NCBI GenBank assembly: GCA_965202585.1
Contig: OZ241833.1
Location: 30,256,001 to 30,320,000, forward strand
DNA: 64,000 bases
DNA from: Thalia democratica
Taxonomy: Eukaryota
Reading direction: 5' to 3'
Shown: piece after piece, positions 21,563 to 34,637 of the stretch
Position numbering within the stretch: the first letter of the stretch is position 1
How the letters are laid out: each line of letters starts with the position of its first letter
Notes under the pieces: generated by a model
The model's database searches: none
What the model was told of the DNA's origin: nothing
Seen by the model: only the letters and a program-made list of their open reading frames with translations
Position numbers and translations under genes: made by a program

Positions 21563-24025
21563 TTGCGATAGAATTATTATAAAAACGTTTATATACTATT
21601 AGCAGCCTTTGTGACGTAATACCAATGTTGAATTTAGTGATTAAATAAGCACTTAGGCTATATTGTTTACTGTTGATACAAGTTTATATTTTTGAGTTAT
21701 GCAGTTTGGTAAAAAAAATGTAACTCAAGTTATTTACAAAACTATTTTTTATTTAAAATCTAATTACTAAATATTACCAACTTGAAAATTTTCGTTTAAG
21801 AAACTAAATTATTTGTAAAATATTATTACTTAACCGATTATTGTTGAAAATAATAAAACAATATAGTTAAATATGTAAACTAAAACTAAAACTTTCGATA
21901 AAATTAAAAAGATTAAAGATGTTTACACAAATTAAAAAAAGTTATTTAAAACTTTTGATCCTAAATTAATGTAATTTGAAACATAGCCAAAGTTTTTTTT
22001 AAGTCTAGCATAAATCATTTTATATTTAACTGATTTCCAAACATACCAAAAATTACAAAAATTAATGTTACGGAAAAAATAAATTTCTATTTAAAACCTT
22101 TTGTATTATCTATTAGTGTCCACACTTTAATAAAAAACATATTAATATTCTTTTTTAACTTGTTAGTGCTTTGTATAAGCTAAAATACATTTATTTTGCA
22201 TTAATTTAAATAAAATAAATTTTAAAGATAAAAACTTGAGATTTAAAATTTTATAAAGTTCATTTTATAAAAATAAAAACAAATTATACAGTAATCTTCC
22301 TTTATTCTACCAACATATGTTTCTGTGTGTCAACGAATCAACACACATCAACTGGGTTCTGTAAAAAAATAATTACTGAAATGAGAGAATAGAAGCATAG
22401 AATAAATTATGTGTATACATGTTTTCATAAGATATTTTTTACAGATAATAGTTATTAATAGGTAAAATACTTAATATTAAATCCGACTGTTATAAAACTA
22501 TATAATATTTATGATTATTAAGTCTAAAATAAGTAAAGTAAGCTAAATTACACAACAAAACAACAAATTATAATATAAATAAACAACTCACGTTAATGGG
22601 AAAGATAACTGATTCAAAATTTATTGTCGTTAACTAATGAAAAATATATTCATTGCAACTAATAATTACGTCACAATGTAAACGAGGTTATTTAAACTAT
22701 TTTATTTGTATTGCAAAGATCATTAATTTAGTTTTTATGTAATCTTTTTTGAAGAAAAATAAAACATTAACCATTAGATAAAAAATCAATAAAATTTAAT
22801 AAAACTTAACGACGGTGAAGGCAATAAAAGTCACAGAAACTCGGTAACGTGTATGTTATACATTGAATGTTTTTAATGATTAAATCAAAATTATATACAA
22901 TTAGGAAGCAGATTTAGTTCAAATGTAAAAATCAAAAATTAAAAATTAAACTTTAAGGAAAACCAAAACACAAAAAAATACAAAAATGTTTATTGGGCTT
23001 ACAATGTACTGACCGATAATTAATTTACAGCGACATACATAAAATCATAATGAACTAAATTAAATATATATTGTATTTCATAATTAATAAAACAATTAAT
23101 TGGTAAATTAGGAGTCTTTATAAAATTAATTTTATAAAGTCTACAACTTTAGCATTAATTATTTTTCCATTTAAACTTATAGAAAAACAGAGTTTACTTA
23201 ATTTTGTATATCTTGTTCAATATTTTTTTATCTTTTTTAAGCATAGCTATTTTTATAAATTCAAAATACATAGATACTATTGCTAGTTATCTGCAACGGC
23301 AGTTTTTAACTCAAAAATATTAAGTTATATTTACAAAAAAATACTTGTTCAATAATTCGTTTACAACCAAAAAAATGCTAATTATTTAGATTTGTTTTAA
23401 CTCGAATAGATGTGCATCAAGATTTTATAACATTTCAATCAGATGGAACATTTTTTATCTTTTTTTATGGTTATGTTAGTGCTACTGAAAATGGAAATGA
23501 AATTATGAGTAGAGAACAGAATTTATTTAATTGGAACAAACTTTTAATAACTATGCTTCTTCACTATTAACAACAATTTAAAAATCTAGTAACATCTGAG
23601 GTGTTTTATAGACATTTAAATTATAATTTTCCATACTGTCAATTATACTAGTAACTATTCATACATAATAGTTATAAACAGAACAGAGTTAGCATTTTTT
23701 TATCTATTTACTGATATAGTTTGTATAACTATTTTAAAGCTAATATATTTACAGAACTTCTTAAAAACAGGCTTGTTATTTAAACATTTTGCACATCCTT
23801 AAATTTTGTTGTTTTGACTCACAAAATCAGAAACTTAAATAACAATATATTTTTACAAAGGACTAACACACATTTTGTATTTTATATTTTGTTTTAACTT
23901 CAATTAAATATAATGTTTAATAAAGTCAGAATAAGACCTATTTGTACTTTTCGATAGTTATTGTTTGATTTCGTTTTGACTTATCTATTTTTTTGGTTTA
24001 TTTTATTATTACTAAAAGGAAAAAA

Positions 24026-24096
24026 TGCATTGTCCGGGAATCGAACCCGGGCCTCCTGCGTGGCAGGCGAGAATTCTACCACTGAACCAACAATGC
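24026..24096 (-). tRNA. trnG-GCC: tRNA-Gly (GCC)
   Basis: Canonical except one anticodon-stem mismatch (GCAGG vs GCGGG). Confidence 0.9.
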
Positions 24097-24922
24097 TTGT
24101 AATGTGGTAGCATTTTTAGCTTTTATAAACTAAAATGCTTTGTGACGTAATAGTGCTCAACAATGCTTGTTATTGCTCATTGCAGTTTCACTAATTTTAA
24201 GCTGATTTCAATAATACGAACAATATATAAATAGTATTTTTAATGCATAAAATCCCTATGTACAAAAGTAATTTTTACAAGACTACTAAGTTAGTATTAA
24301 CTAGTTGACCTAATAATAAACTTATAAATCATTCAAACGTGTTAAATGTAAACTACCCAAGTGCATGAAATCGAAAAACTGCTTAGTTTCACTATAAAAC
24401 AATAATAATTTACAAATAAGTAGTATATATATATAATACTTTTGATGCATCACAAATTTTAAAAGTAAATTCAAATTTTATCACAACAAAAACTTTTACA
24501 ATTATACAATAAAACTTTTTGCTATCTTTTAACATAAGTATGTTTCAAATTTCAAACAATAGCTTAAATAGTATCAAGAGTTTTCAACTTCTGTTTTAAT
24601 TAATCAAGTATTACGTAATTAAAAAAATCTTACAACTAAAAAATTTAATATAATAGTTCTTTAATTTTTCCACCAAAATCCAAAAGCATATATTAATTCT
24701 ATAAATAAATCAGTAACAACTACAAGAATTAAACATTTTTTTATTTGTAAGTTGTTTTAAAACTATTTGTTAACTTTTCTAAAACCTAACACACTTTTTC
24801 ATTATAACTTTTTAGTAATTTTTACTTGTTATTTATACTAGTTGAAATGTTTATAAAAATATACCAAACTTAAAGTTAACAAATAACATATAAAAAATTA
24901 CATATAAACTACCATAACTAAC

Positions 24923-24971
24923 CAATGAAAACTTCAAGACTTTGATTTCTCTTCAAAAGTTCCGCGACGTA
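24923..24971 (-). CDS. GPAM: GPAT exon
   Basis: YVAELLKRNQSLEVFI-G; the trailing G completes the E codon with exon 20002-20165; cag acceptor, GTTAGT donor. Confidence 0.9.
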
Positions 24972-25039
24972 CTGTTGTTATAATAAAATAATTAAACAAA
25001 ATTAAACATAGTTTAAAACTAACAAAACAATTAAACAAC

Positions 25040-25136
25040 CGAGTGCAGCATTGCTCTGTACAAAACATCTTTTTTGTTTTTGTCGATGTCAATTTTTCTC
25101 CTGATGAAAAAACCGCCGACTCTTTTAATGACAAAA
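25040..25136 (-). CDS. GPAM: GPAT exon with motif II
   Basis: FVIKRVGGFFIRRKIDIDKNKKDVLYRAMLHS; 68-nt intron to the next exon. Confidence 0.95.
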
Positions 25137-25439
25137 CTGCAAAATTAAAAGTAGTGTGGCATTTTTAAAAACAATCTCTCGACTGGAACTTAAAATATTT
25201 ATTTTTAAATAAAAAAATATTATATTTAGCTTTATATACAAAAAAAAATCAAAAAAAAAGTTGTTTATTTGACAAAGCTTTAAATTTATTGCTTATCCAA
25301 TAAAATCAGCTTTTTAACAGTTTACTGTTAAATTAAAACTTTCAACGACAATTTAAAAATAAAAATATTACTAAACGGTTATGTATTTTAAACACTTAAA
25401 TAGTATTACCATTTGTCTAAAAACTATTTTAGAAAAAAG

Positions 25440-25521
25440 CGTCGTCGGCAGGATTCGAACCTGCGCGGGCAGAGCCCAATTGATTTCTAGTCAATCGCCT
25501 TAACCACTCGGCCACAACGAC
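25440..25521 (-). tRNA. trnS-AGA: tRNA-Ser (AGA)
   Basis: 82 nt with long variable arm: GTCGTTGTGGCCGAGTGGTTAAGGCGATTGACTAGAAATCAATTGGGCTCTGCCCGCGCAGGTTCGAATCCTGCCGACGACG. Confidence 0.97.
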
Positions 25522-26343
25522 TTGCGATGAGGAGCGAAATTAGGTGTATATAATGCCTTTTGTAGCGCTAGTTCATGTTGAAAACAATGATCATTATTCT
25601 GTCTTTGTACAAGACAAATTAAAATAGGCAACTTAAATAAAAATTACAGTGTTGCATATGTCAGTTAGTTGAAAACACTATGGGTTTAGGTATGAATTTA
25701 ATCTTTTAGCTTTGTCAATTATAAGTTAAGTATAACTCACATTAATAAAATCTTGAGTTTAGTTTTATTTACTTTATACTATTGGGTTTAAACCAAACAA
25801 TTATAGTACTCAACTTTAAACTTATTATGTTATATACAACATTGCACAAAATTAATTATTTAAGAACTTGATGTATAACTAGGTTTGACCAAAAAGAGAT
25901 CATCACTTGTAAAACTATTCTTATTTATAAACTATCTTTTCTAATTTATGCGAATTAAAATAGTTTTATAAGTAAATTCATAACCAGGTTTCACAATAAG
26001 TTCTTAAACAAATTCTTAATTAAAGTAATAAATAAAGCTAAGTTTTTTTTTATATCAAAAAAGTGACTACTACAAATTTTACATTTTGTTTAAAAAATAT
26101 TCTCATAAAATTTCTTTGGCTAATAATTTAAAGCTATTTGGTGTTTAATCACTGAGAGTTACAACGTCCTTTTTAATGAACTAGTTAAATAAAAATATAC
26201 TTCACTTTTTTATTAAACTTTGTTTTGTTTAGCTAATTTTATATTTTCTGTCGTTCTTTAATGGTATCATACTTCTTAGCTACTAGAAAGTTTATCAAAA
26301 ATTTAACCTATATCCTTTGGAGTTTATGAAATAAAATAGAGTA

Positions 26344-27123
26344 CAGTAACCTCTCGCTTATTTACGCACATTGTGTCCACAGAAAAAGTGCGTAAAGATA
26401 TGAGAGATGGTAAAGGAACGAGAGTAACCAAATATACTAACTATAATGGCTGTTTTTTAATATTTCTTCTAGTTAAAAGCAGACTGGGCACTTTCCCACT
26501 TTTAACTATTTGTTTACTTCGTTTATAAATATGAAAACAACAGATAAAACTAAACATATACTAAAAAAAAGGATTTGAATTTCTTTAAAATAATAACAAT
26601 ACGAGTAAAAATAATTTTAATATTTTAATAATAAGTAGAAACTATCTTTATATTTATTTATATGTGACACTTATATTCTATTCTACTTAGCAAATTCAAC
26701 TTATAATTAACCATTTTTTTACAATTATAAAATGGTGTTTATTAACATATAGGGCAAGGCTGCTGTATTATTTCTTTGTGTTTTAAACTCTCATTATTTC
26801 ATTACACTTTCGTTATTAAACACAGTCATTTTTATTTCAGAATTTTGATTTAATCTCTTATTGTTAACAAAATTTCTGATATACTGAGGTATAACTAAAT
26901 GTTTATCAATTAGTCATGGAACATAAATTTACAAAGTCTAAAGATATAAAGAGGTGGGTTAGCATTCAAAAACATATTTTTATTTAAAAGTATACATTAA
27001 ACCTAATTTGTGCAATATTAGAAAAAAAAAATTTTTAGTTTCTAAATTTTATAGAATTCTGAAATGCGTAACTAAACGAGAGTGCGTAACGTCACGAGTG
27101 CGTAAAGATCCGAGAGGTTACTG
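26344..27123. mobile_element. Tc1/mariner (pogo/Tigger-like) non-autonomous element
   Basis: TIR cagtaacctctcg...tttacgcac / gtgcgtaaa...cgagaggttactg, TA on both sides. Confidence 0.85.
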
Positions 27124-27780
27124 TACATATTTTATAGTTTTTTTAATGATTAATCTTTTTTAATAAACAAATACAATTTAAACAAACTAAAATAAAATGT
27201 TTGCAGTAATGTATATAAAAGCTGGAAAACGTTTTGTTTGTTTATTTACTTTGGACTTTTTATCTTTACCTAAATAGATTAATAAAATCGACATTACAAC
27301 TAGTAATTTTTTAATAAGTTATAGAAACTGTCACTTTGTTATACTGTTTTCCTTTTTAGGTAAATATTTTTTTTTTAATGAATGGATTGAAGGTAGTCTG
27401 CCTTTTTTACATTAGAAATTGAACCGTTTTCAATAATGTGACTTAGAAGCAATATAATTGATTTAAAAAATCCATAGAAAAAAGCTGTCTGAGCTCTTTT
27501 GAAAAACAAAAACAACAGATTTAGTGATATTTCGTTTATTTAAAAAAAAATACTCAATTGTTTATCAAATAGAATTAAAAATGGTTAAAATTATAAATTA
27601 TAAAAATTAAAAATAATCATTTTTATTGCATATCTTTTTACCATATGTTTAAAAAAAAATAGTTGTTAGCGTATCATTTTAAGATTAAATTAAGTGTGTA
27701 GTCCAAAAATAAGCCATCAATTTTATTTATTAACATTGTTCAGAAGTACTGTACTTATAAATTTTGTTGCTAATAAAAAA

Positions 27781-27851
27781 TGCATTGTCCGGGAATCGAA
27801 CCCGGGCCTCCCGCGTGGCAGGCGAGAATTCTACCACTGAACCAACAATGC
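27781..27851 (-). tRNA. trnG-GCC: tRNA-Gly (GCC)
   Basis: Fully paired canonical copy with T-run terminator. Confidence 0.97.
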
Positions 27852-29354
27852 TTGTGATGGAACAGTATTTTGTGCGTTTATAAACATTAGAGCTTTATGA
27901 AGTAACAACTATTGATGTACTTTGCTTCAGAAAATCCGTAGTACTATGAGCTCTTATATGGTTGTATGACAACACAGTTTGTACAAATGGATTAATTTAA
28001 TTATTTATACCTACTTATCAAACTTATATTTAAAAAACTGTAAAACTGTTTTCTCATAATTTAAATACCCATTTTACAAAAATGTATAAAATTTTATTTA
28101 TTACTATTACAATACTTTTTATTATTAAAAAACTGCGAAGATTAAAAACAAAAACAAGACTTATGTAGTTTCACTCATTCTTTTTTATTAATATTGTTCA
28201 CTGTACTATTCAATAAATATAAGTTTCAAGTTCATAAAAATCGGACAATTCTAAATATATGTAAAACACTACTTATGAAAATTTGTATTGCCAAGCTAAA
28301 AATTTTACTAAAAAAGTTTTAGTTAATTAAACAAGTATTTGATATTGAAATTTTTTATTAATCACAAACAACAAAACAATTTGAATTTTTGAATAATTGA
28401 TATAAAACTATTTCTTTATTTATTAAGCATTTAACACATCAAAAAGCTATTTAAGCACTAAAAAGATTACTTTTGTTAAAAACTTAACAAAGAAATATTT
28501 AGTTTAAAGCAGAATGATGGTGACTGAATCATAAATATGTTAAATTAAGTATTATTTTCTTAAATTTGAATGTAAGAACTTTTTTTACTAAGCAAAAAAA
28601 AAAATTGTTTTCAACTGCTAAATACTTAAGAAACACTTTTAAAAATAAAAAGTCATTCAGATTAGAAAGTTCTTACTTATTGAGTGTCTATTGCTAAAAT
28701 ACTAAACATTTATTAAATAGTAAAACAGAGGCTTTGAGCTCTTTATTGAGGGAAACTCATAAATTTTATGTTCATATAAATAAAAAACTACTATAGTATC
28801 TAAGTTTTATGACAAAATGTATTTAAGCTTTTTCAATAAATGTTGTGCAAATGTACAACAATTGATACTTTTTAAAATAAAAACTATAGAAGTTAAATAA
28901 TTTCTGATTTAGAAATTAATTTATTAATAAGGAATATTATAACAATCAATGCTTATAAAAATTACAAAAAATAAAAACAACTACTAGTTAACAGGCAAAA
29001 AAAATAAATAACTATACTAAAAGTTTATATATTGGCATATTGTTAAAATACATTGCTAAAATAAATACAACTCTATAAGAAAATTAGCTTAAGATAAATG
29101 TACTAGGTTTGTAACTTAAAAAAAATTAAACATTTTATTATTCAGGTGTTTGATGATTTCAGATTATAAATATGTTTACTAATGATATATACTGTTTTTC
29201 TTCCTTTAATAAAAAATCTAACTATACTTTTAACAAGTTGGAACCCGGATTTTATTAAACTATTTAAAGTAAAATTGTGGTTTTTATTATTGTTTTTTTT
29301 TGCACTTGAACTACACTGCTTTATTTAAAACACAAACTTGCTGACACATTTGCT

Positions 29355-29780
29355 TTGCAACTAACACAGTCGACTTATAACCAAGTAAAGCCTAGAGTAG
29401 TATTCGTTTCAAAACCAGTTCTTAGACTGGAACTAAACGACCCAATATCCTACCTTGATAAAAGCTGTATTATTTACAAATTTAATTACTTCTGCAAAAG
29501 AAGTTATATTGGGCAAACATTTAGGCATCTAAAAACGAGAGTGAATGAACATAAACCTGAAGGTATAATAAACTTTATAAAAGAAAAGACTAATAATAAA
29601 ACGAAAGCTGTTATGAATACGACAAAAAGATCTTTGATAGCAGAACATCTGATTAATACGGTCGACTGTACAAACAACTATGATTTATTAATATTTAAGG
29701 TTATTAACAATTGTTCAAATTCCATTATATTAGAAGTAATCTCAATATTTTTAAATAAATTATATAAACAGGAAGAGTAG
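29355..29780 (+). mobile_element. Penelope-like element remnant (GIY-YIG endonuclease region)
   Basis: CIIYKFNYFCKRSYIGQTFRHLKTRVNEH...IAEHL...ILEVISIF. A decayed hammerhead-like string may follow near 30056-30090. Confidence 0.85.
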
Positions 29781-30250
29781 GATTAGAAGGTTTCTTTATG
29801 TATTTATTTAAAAGTGTCTTTGGTTATTTTATCTACTTAAAAGTGTTTTTGTTTGTTTCAACCATTCTGTTATGTAATTTAAAATGTTTATTATTGCATC
29901 AATTACTATTTTACATTAATCTAGGAAATTTTAAAATTGGTGGTTTTTGTTGATTGATTTTTTACAGCAATCTAATTAACCACTTAAGTAGTTTTCTAAA
30001 GTTTATTGTTTTTGTTAAAAAACTATTGTTTTATTTCAAATGTCTGCAGTAAGTTTCTGAATAGTTGCAGTGAAAATATATTGAAACTTTTATGAAAAAA
30101 CATTGGATTTTTAATTATATAGGTAAAAAAAAACTGTAGTAAGCTTATGTACGTGATATTAAAACTTTGTAGTAGAGTTTATTTGTTTAAAATTTAAAAT
30201 TTAAGTCAAAAGCTAGTTCTTGAACCTTTATAACTTTGATTTCTATAAAA

Positions 30251-30560
30251 CAGGGGTCGGCAAACTGCGTCCCTCAAAGCCAAAATTTGCGGCCCGCGAG
30301 GTACTTTTCAGCTAAAAAAATAATTTTTAAAGCAGTAGAAAAAAAAAAATTGCCGTAAAAACTAACAGTTATGCTCTTATTCAAGCTATTACTCATTACT
30401 AGTGCTTTATTAAAGCTTATTTTATCACATTTTTGGTTTAAAATAGTATTTTTGTATTGATTATTGCAATTATTTTATAAAAACTGCGGCCCGCAAGCAT
30501 TTTTTTTCTGAGAAAATTGGCCCGCGATTTATATGACTTATAAAAGGCTGCCGATCCCTG
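30251..30560 (+). mobile_element. hAT (Charlie-like) MITE
   Basis: caggggtcggcaaac...gccgatccctg, internal gcggcccgc; 8-bp flanks ctataaaa/ctttaaaa. Confidence 0.85.
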
Positions 30561-31235
30561 CTTTAAAATTTATTCAAATTTTTATTCGGAATCAATCAAG
30601 AGAACAAAACATTTATAAATAAAACTAAATTAAAAATGCGTAAGCAAACAAACCACAGCAAAGAAGGGGTAAATTTGAGGCCTCTCTTAACTTTTATAAT
30701 TTTTTTGACAAACACTATTCAAAATGTTTAATATTGAGTGCAACAGGTAAAAAATTGATTAAGTATTTAATTGTGAATTAAAGTTAATTTTCGTTTTAGA
30801 AAAAAAAACAACTTCTCAACTTTAACAACAACCTAATTTACACAAACAAGATTTCTATCTTTTTTTAACTTACTTGCTAAATTTGTCTGTATTTGGGTTT
30901 AATTCGTTTTCAAGATTGTATCATTACTTTAACAATTAAAGTTCTATTAACAACTGTGTTACTTATACTTATAATATTACAATATGGCAACTTAAAGTAG
31001 CTGAAATTAATAGTACTCTACAAAAAAGCAACAGTAATTGTTTCAAACTTTTATGAAAGTTTTATCAAGCTTTAATTATAAACTTTGTAAAAAACATAAA
31101 TTTCCAAAATAAAATGCAACAGCTAATGGAACTAAAAATATTCTATCAAGTATAAACTACTAACGTGCATTTAAAAGTCAAATATTTTTCTGAATACAAC
31201 AAAACCATAAAATTTGCAACAACTTTAGATCGTAC

Positions 31236-31372
31236 CTGAACAGGGGCAGGTTGAGGTTGTCGCCACTGGCAACGAAGGGGGCGGGAAGCTCCTGCAAGAA
31301 AGCGACCAATGAGATGAGGATGTAGTCGAAGTGGCTGGAGTGGAGGGGGAGGTAGATTATTGGTTGACCTTT
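31236..31372 (-). CDS. GPAM: GPAT exon with catalytic motif I (HxxxxD)
   Basis: KGQPIIYLPLHSSHFDYILISLVAFLQELPAPFVASGDNLNLPLFS; cag acceptor, GTACGA donor. Confidence 0.95.
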
Positions 31373-32637
31373 CTGAATATTTATGTTGAAAAATTACAAA
31401 AAAAAAATTTAATTTAATTGACTAAGATGATCGGTCGGTCTTTTTAAACGAATGTTATAAATGAAAAGAAAACTACTGATAAAGAATTATTTAAAATAAC
31501 TAAGGTGGATGATTGGCTAGAGTTTCTATAATTTACTATTTTTATTTTATATATTGTTATTTATTGTTAGATAATTCTTAATAAAAGTTTCTTGTAATGA
31601 AGAAACTAATTTTTAATCTGAAATGACCAAGGTAGATGATTGGGGTTAATCTTCCTGTGGGGGAAATACCTGGTGTTGTTGTTTAGATTATAAATCTAAA
31701 ACTACTAAACAGCACTTTGTTTGTATTAAATAATTTTTATAGATTTTCTGTTTAATTTTATTTATGCAAAAAAAATATTTGGTTCTAGGTTATGTAAAAA
31801 ACTTTTTCTTTGAAATTACTTGAGTTGCTAATTGGTTATTTTTTCTGTATAATTGGGAAAGAACCTTGTATTTAGTGTTTCATTTGTGATACATATTTTG
31901 GAGATCAGTTAAATTTTTTTTAATAGAAACTAATATTAAATACTAGAAAGAAGCATGTCTCTGAAACAACTACAGCATACTAATCTTGCAGAGGTCTTCA
32001 TAACACCTAACTTTTTCTAAATACTCAAGCTTTAAACTTTGAATATTTAAGATTTGTGTATTTCTTTTTAAGTTACAAAATTTATTCAAACTACTTGTTA
32101 AAGTGGTGTTTTTCAGCAGTATATATTTATATAACAATTTATAAACAACATTTATATAACAAAATAAACTAATAACTATTAAATCATAAATCCTTCTTAT
32201 GTACAGTAAAATATCTGAGCAAACTATGTTACACAAATAATTCTATAAATCAAAATATTTACAATTAGCTGTTTTTTTATTATTTTTTTTTAAATATGCT
32301 TACATTTGCCATGTTTCCTTTCGAATCTGAAAGTTTTATACTTTATTAAAACAATAGCTTTTTTAACAGCTAAATATTTTAAAGACTTACAATTTTAGCT
32401 CAAAAAACAGCATTATTAGGAATATCATAAGTTTAAACATGAATCACTATATATTAATTTTATCACTTGCCATCTGTAAACATTTACTACCACAACAAGT
32501 TGTTTGTCAACACAAGATGTTGTGTTTCTGCTTCAAAATTAAACTTTAACTTCAACTTTAAATCTGTGGAATGTTTTTCAGCTAATACATGTTCTTTTGA
32601 GATACTTACGACAACAAGTACATCAAATTAAATTTAC

Positions 32638-32734
32638 TTTAGCAAGCTGCTTTATTAAATCCAATTGGCCCTGGTGAATGGTTACTGAGGAACAGAGTTT
32701 CTGAAGCAAACTTGAAAACAACCACCCGCAAAAC
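32638..32734 (-). CDS. GPAM: GPAT exon
   Basis: FCGWLFSSLLQKLCSSVTIHQGQLDLIKQLAK resembles TGWVLLKLFNSFFWNIQIHKGQLEMVK. Confidence 0.9.
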
Positions 32735-32982
32735 CTATAAAAATGTTTGTTTAAATGTTATTACCTCTACACAACTTTTAGCACCAATAAATTAATATAT
32801 CCTTAATTAAGCTTTTAAAAGAAAACTTTTAACTTTACAAATGTTATCAAAACTTGTTCACATGAGATACTATGAGAATAGTCTGTCTCAATACTTTTAT
32901 TTACTTGTAAGTGTTTATAAAGTACTTTTTTTTAAATCGTCTAAACAAATGACAATAAAAAAATTTAAATTACTTTAATAAC

Positions 32983-33132
32983 CTGAGGCATTTTGAGGTT
33001 ACAGTTGCCTGCATGTTTTCTATTATAGACTTTGCTCTATTTTCAAATTTCCTTCTTGTTTTTTCATCTAACTGGTTTTCTTTGTTTTCATTTTGCAGTT
33101 GCTCAAACTCTTGGTCTAAGGCCGATTTAACT
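32983..33132 (-). CDS. GPAM: GPAT exon
   Basis: VKSALDQEFE...RAKSIIENMQATVTSKCLR resembles KAKRILQEMVATVSPAMIR; phases fit. Confidence 0.88.
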
Positions 33133-33895
33133 CTGAATTTATTAGAAGCACTTTAAGTATTGAGATTGTATAAAAATATTTCAAACTTATATATATTATT
33201 ACAATCTCCTTTAGTAAATTTTGTAACACTGTATATACTAATTTAATTGTTAGTTTAAGTTATGATGACAATTTATTCTATTTAAACTATGTACAATACA
33301 GTGAATTTACTTTTTTATACATTCTGTAGTTGTAGTTTTACATTAAGTTTGAAAACTTTATAAATTTTACTTTTTCAAAGTTTGTACTAACATTGTACTT
33401 ACATAAAACATAATAGTATTAACTTTGCAAATGATATTTTTATACTTTTTTACATATATATTTAAACCTACTTATTTTGATTTTACTAACCTTTCACTTG
33501 TTAGAACACTTTTTTTGACACTAGTCGGGTTTGGGTATGAATGAAATACTTTTTTTGATGCGGCAAAAAAGTAATAACACATTCTAGTCAGAGTGCCTCT
33601 TTAAATAAATATTTTTTGAAAAATTCTTTAACAACCTAAACACTCATTTATACTGAATTTATAAAATAAATGGGTTTAAACTAAATCAATGTAATTCAAA
33701 TACTACTTATAAACAAGATGTTATCATTATCATAATTGATCTATTATTATCAATAATACTGTAAAAGCTAATAATGAAAAATTCACAATTTTAAAATCAT
33801 TACAACTTTTAACTTTCCATAAAATTGTTATTGAATTTCGAAAAATCATTTTATTTCTAATAGCGAACTTTTGTTAACTTACAAACTAAACAAAC

Positions 33896-33996
33896 TTTGT
33901 ATAGGCTGAAGATTGAAGTAAATTACTCAACACAGAATTTTCAATCTCAGATAAATCACAACCTTCCAATTTGAAATGAGCAGCATTGTTATTTTC
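33896..33996 (-). CDS. Tentative upstream GPAT exon
   Basis: tttttgcag acceptor, open ENNNAAHFKLEGCDLSEIENSVLSNLLQSSAYT, GTTTGT donor gives the required phase 2; homology weak. The GPAT start was not found. Confidence 0.35.
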
Positions 33997-34235
33997 CTGC
34001 AAAAAATATTCAATAATGCTAAAACGTTATTCTGTTGCTGTTTGTTTTTGTACTAGGTAACAATTCATTTTTCAATAAAACCTCCATGAACCTTAGTACT
34101 AGAAATACCTGTTTAATTTAGTTTATTACAGCTTTCTATTTCTAAAGCTTTTGTAAATGAAAATATTTATTTTTGGCGTTTTGTTTAATAAAGATATATT
34201 ATCTGATATAATAGTTTTTGTGAAGATAATATTAT

Positions 34236-34637
34236 AAGGGTGGCCACTGTTTTTTAAGTAAATTATTTCTGATTTTCTTCAAGAATGTTTATAGTACAGT
34301 TTTCTTTTCTCTTTTAGAATGTAATCAAACTTAAAAAAGTTTTTATTTATCTGAAATTATATAAAATATACTGTAATACCCTTTTAAATGTTTTTTTAAA
34401 ATAATTAAAACATTAAATCATATACTACTTTTTATTGTATAAAATAGTTATTGCAAGTCTAAACTAATTTTAACTACTTTACTACAAACTGTTCAAAATT
34501 CTAAATCTTTTGAGGTTTTTCCACAATTTTGTTCAAAATTTTACGAGTTTTCAGTTCTTTTTTTAAAAAGTATCTAACCAAATGTTTGTTTTGTCAAAAT
34601 TTCTAACTTAAGGTTTCAAGGTAAAATAGCCACCCTG
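34236..34637 (+). mobile_element. Older, diverged MITE family A copy
   Basis: agggtggccac ... atagccaccctg; TSD not recognisable. Confidence 0.65.

Noticed and set aside
22300-22400. Small hairpin tgtgtgt/acacaca as a snoRNA or exon
   Set aside because: No box C/D or H/ACA architecture and no compatible frame.
2755-27851. tRNA set limited to Asp/Asn/Thr/Met/Gly/Ser as a metabolic theme
   Set aside because: Only six isotypes, largely multiplied by local duplication; coincidence cannot be excluded.
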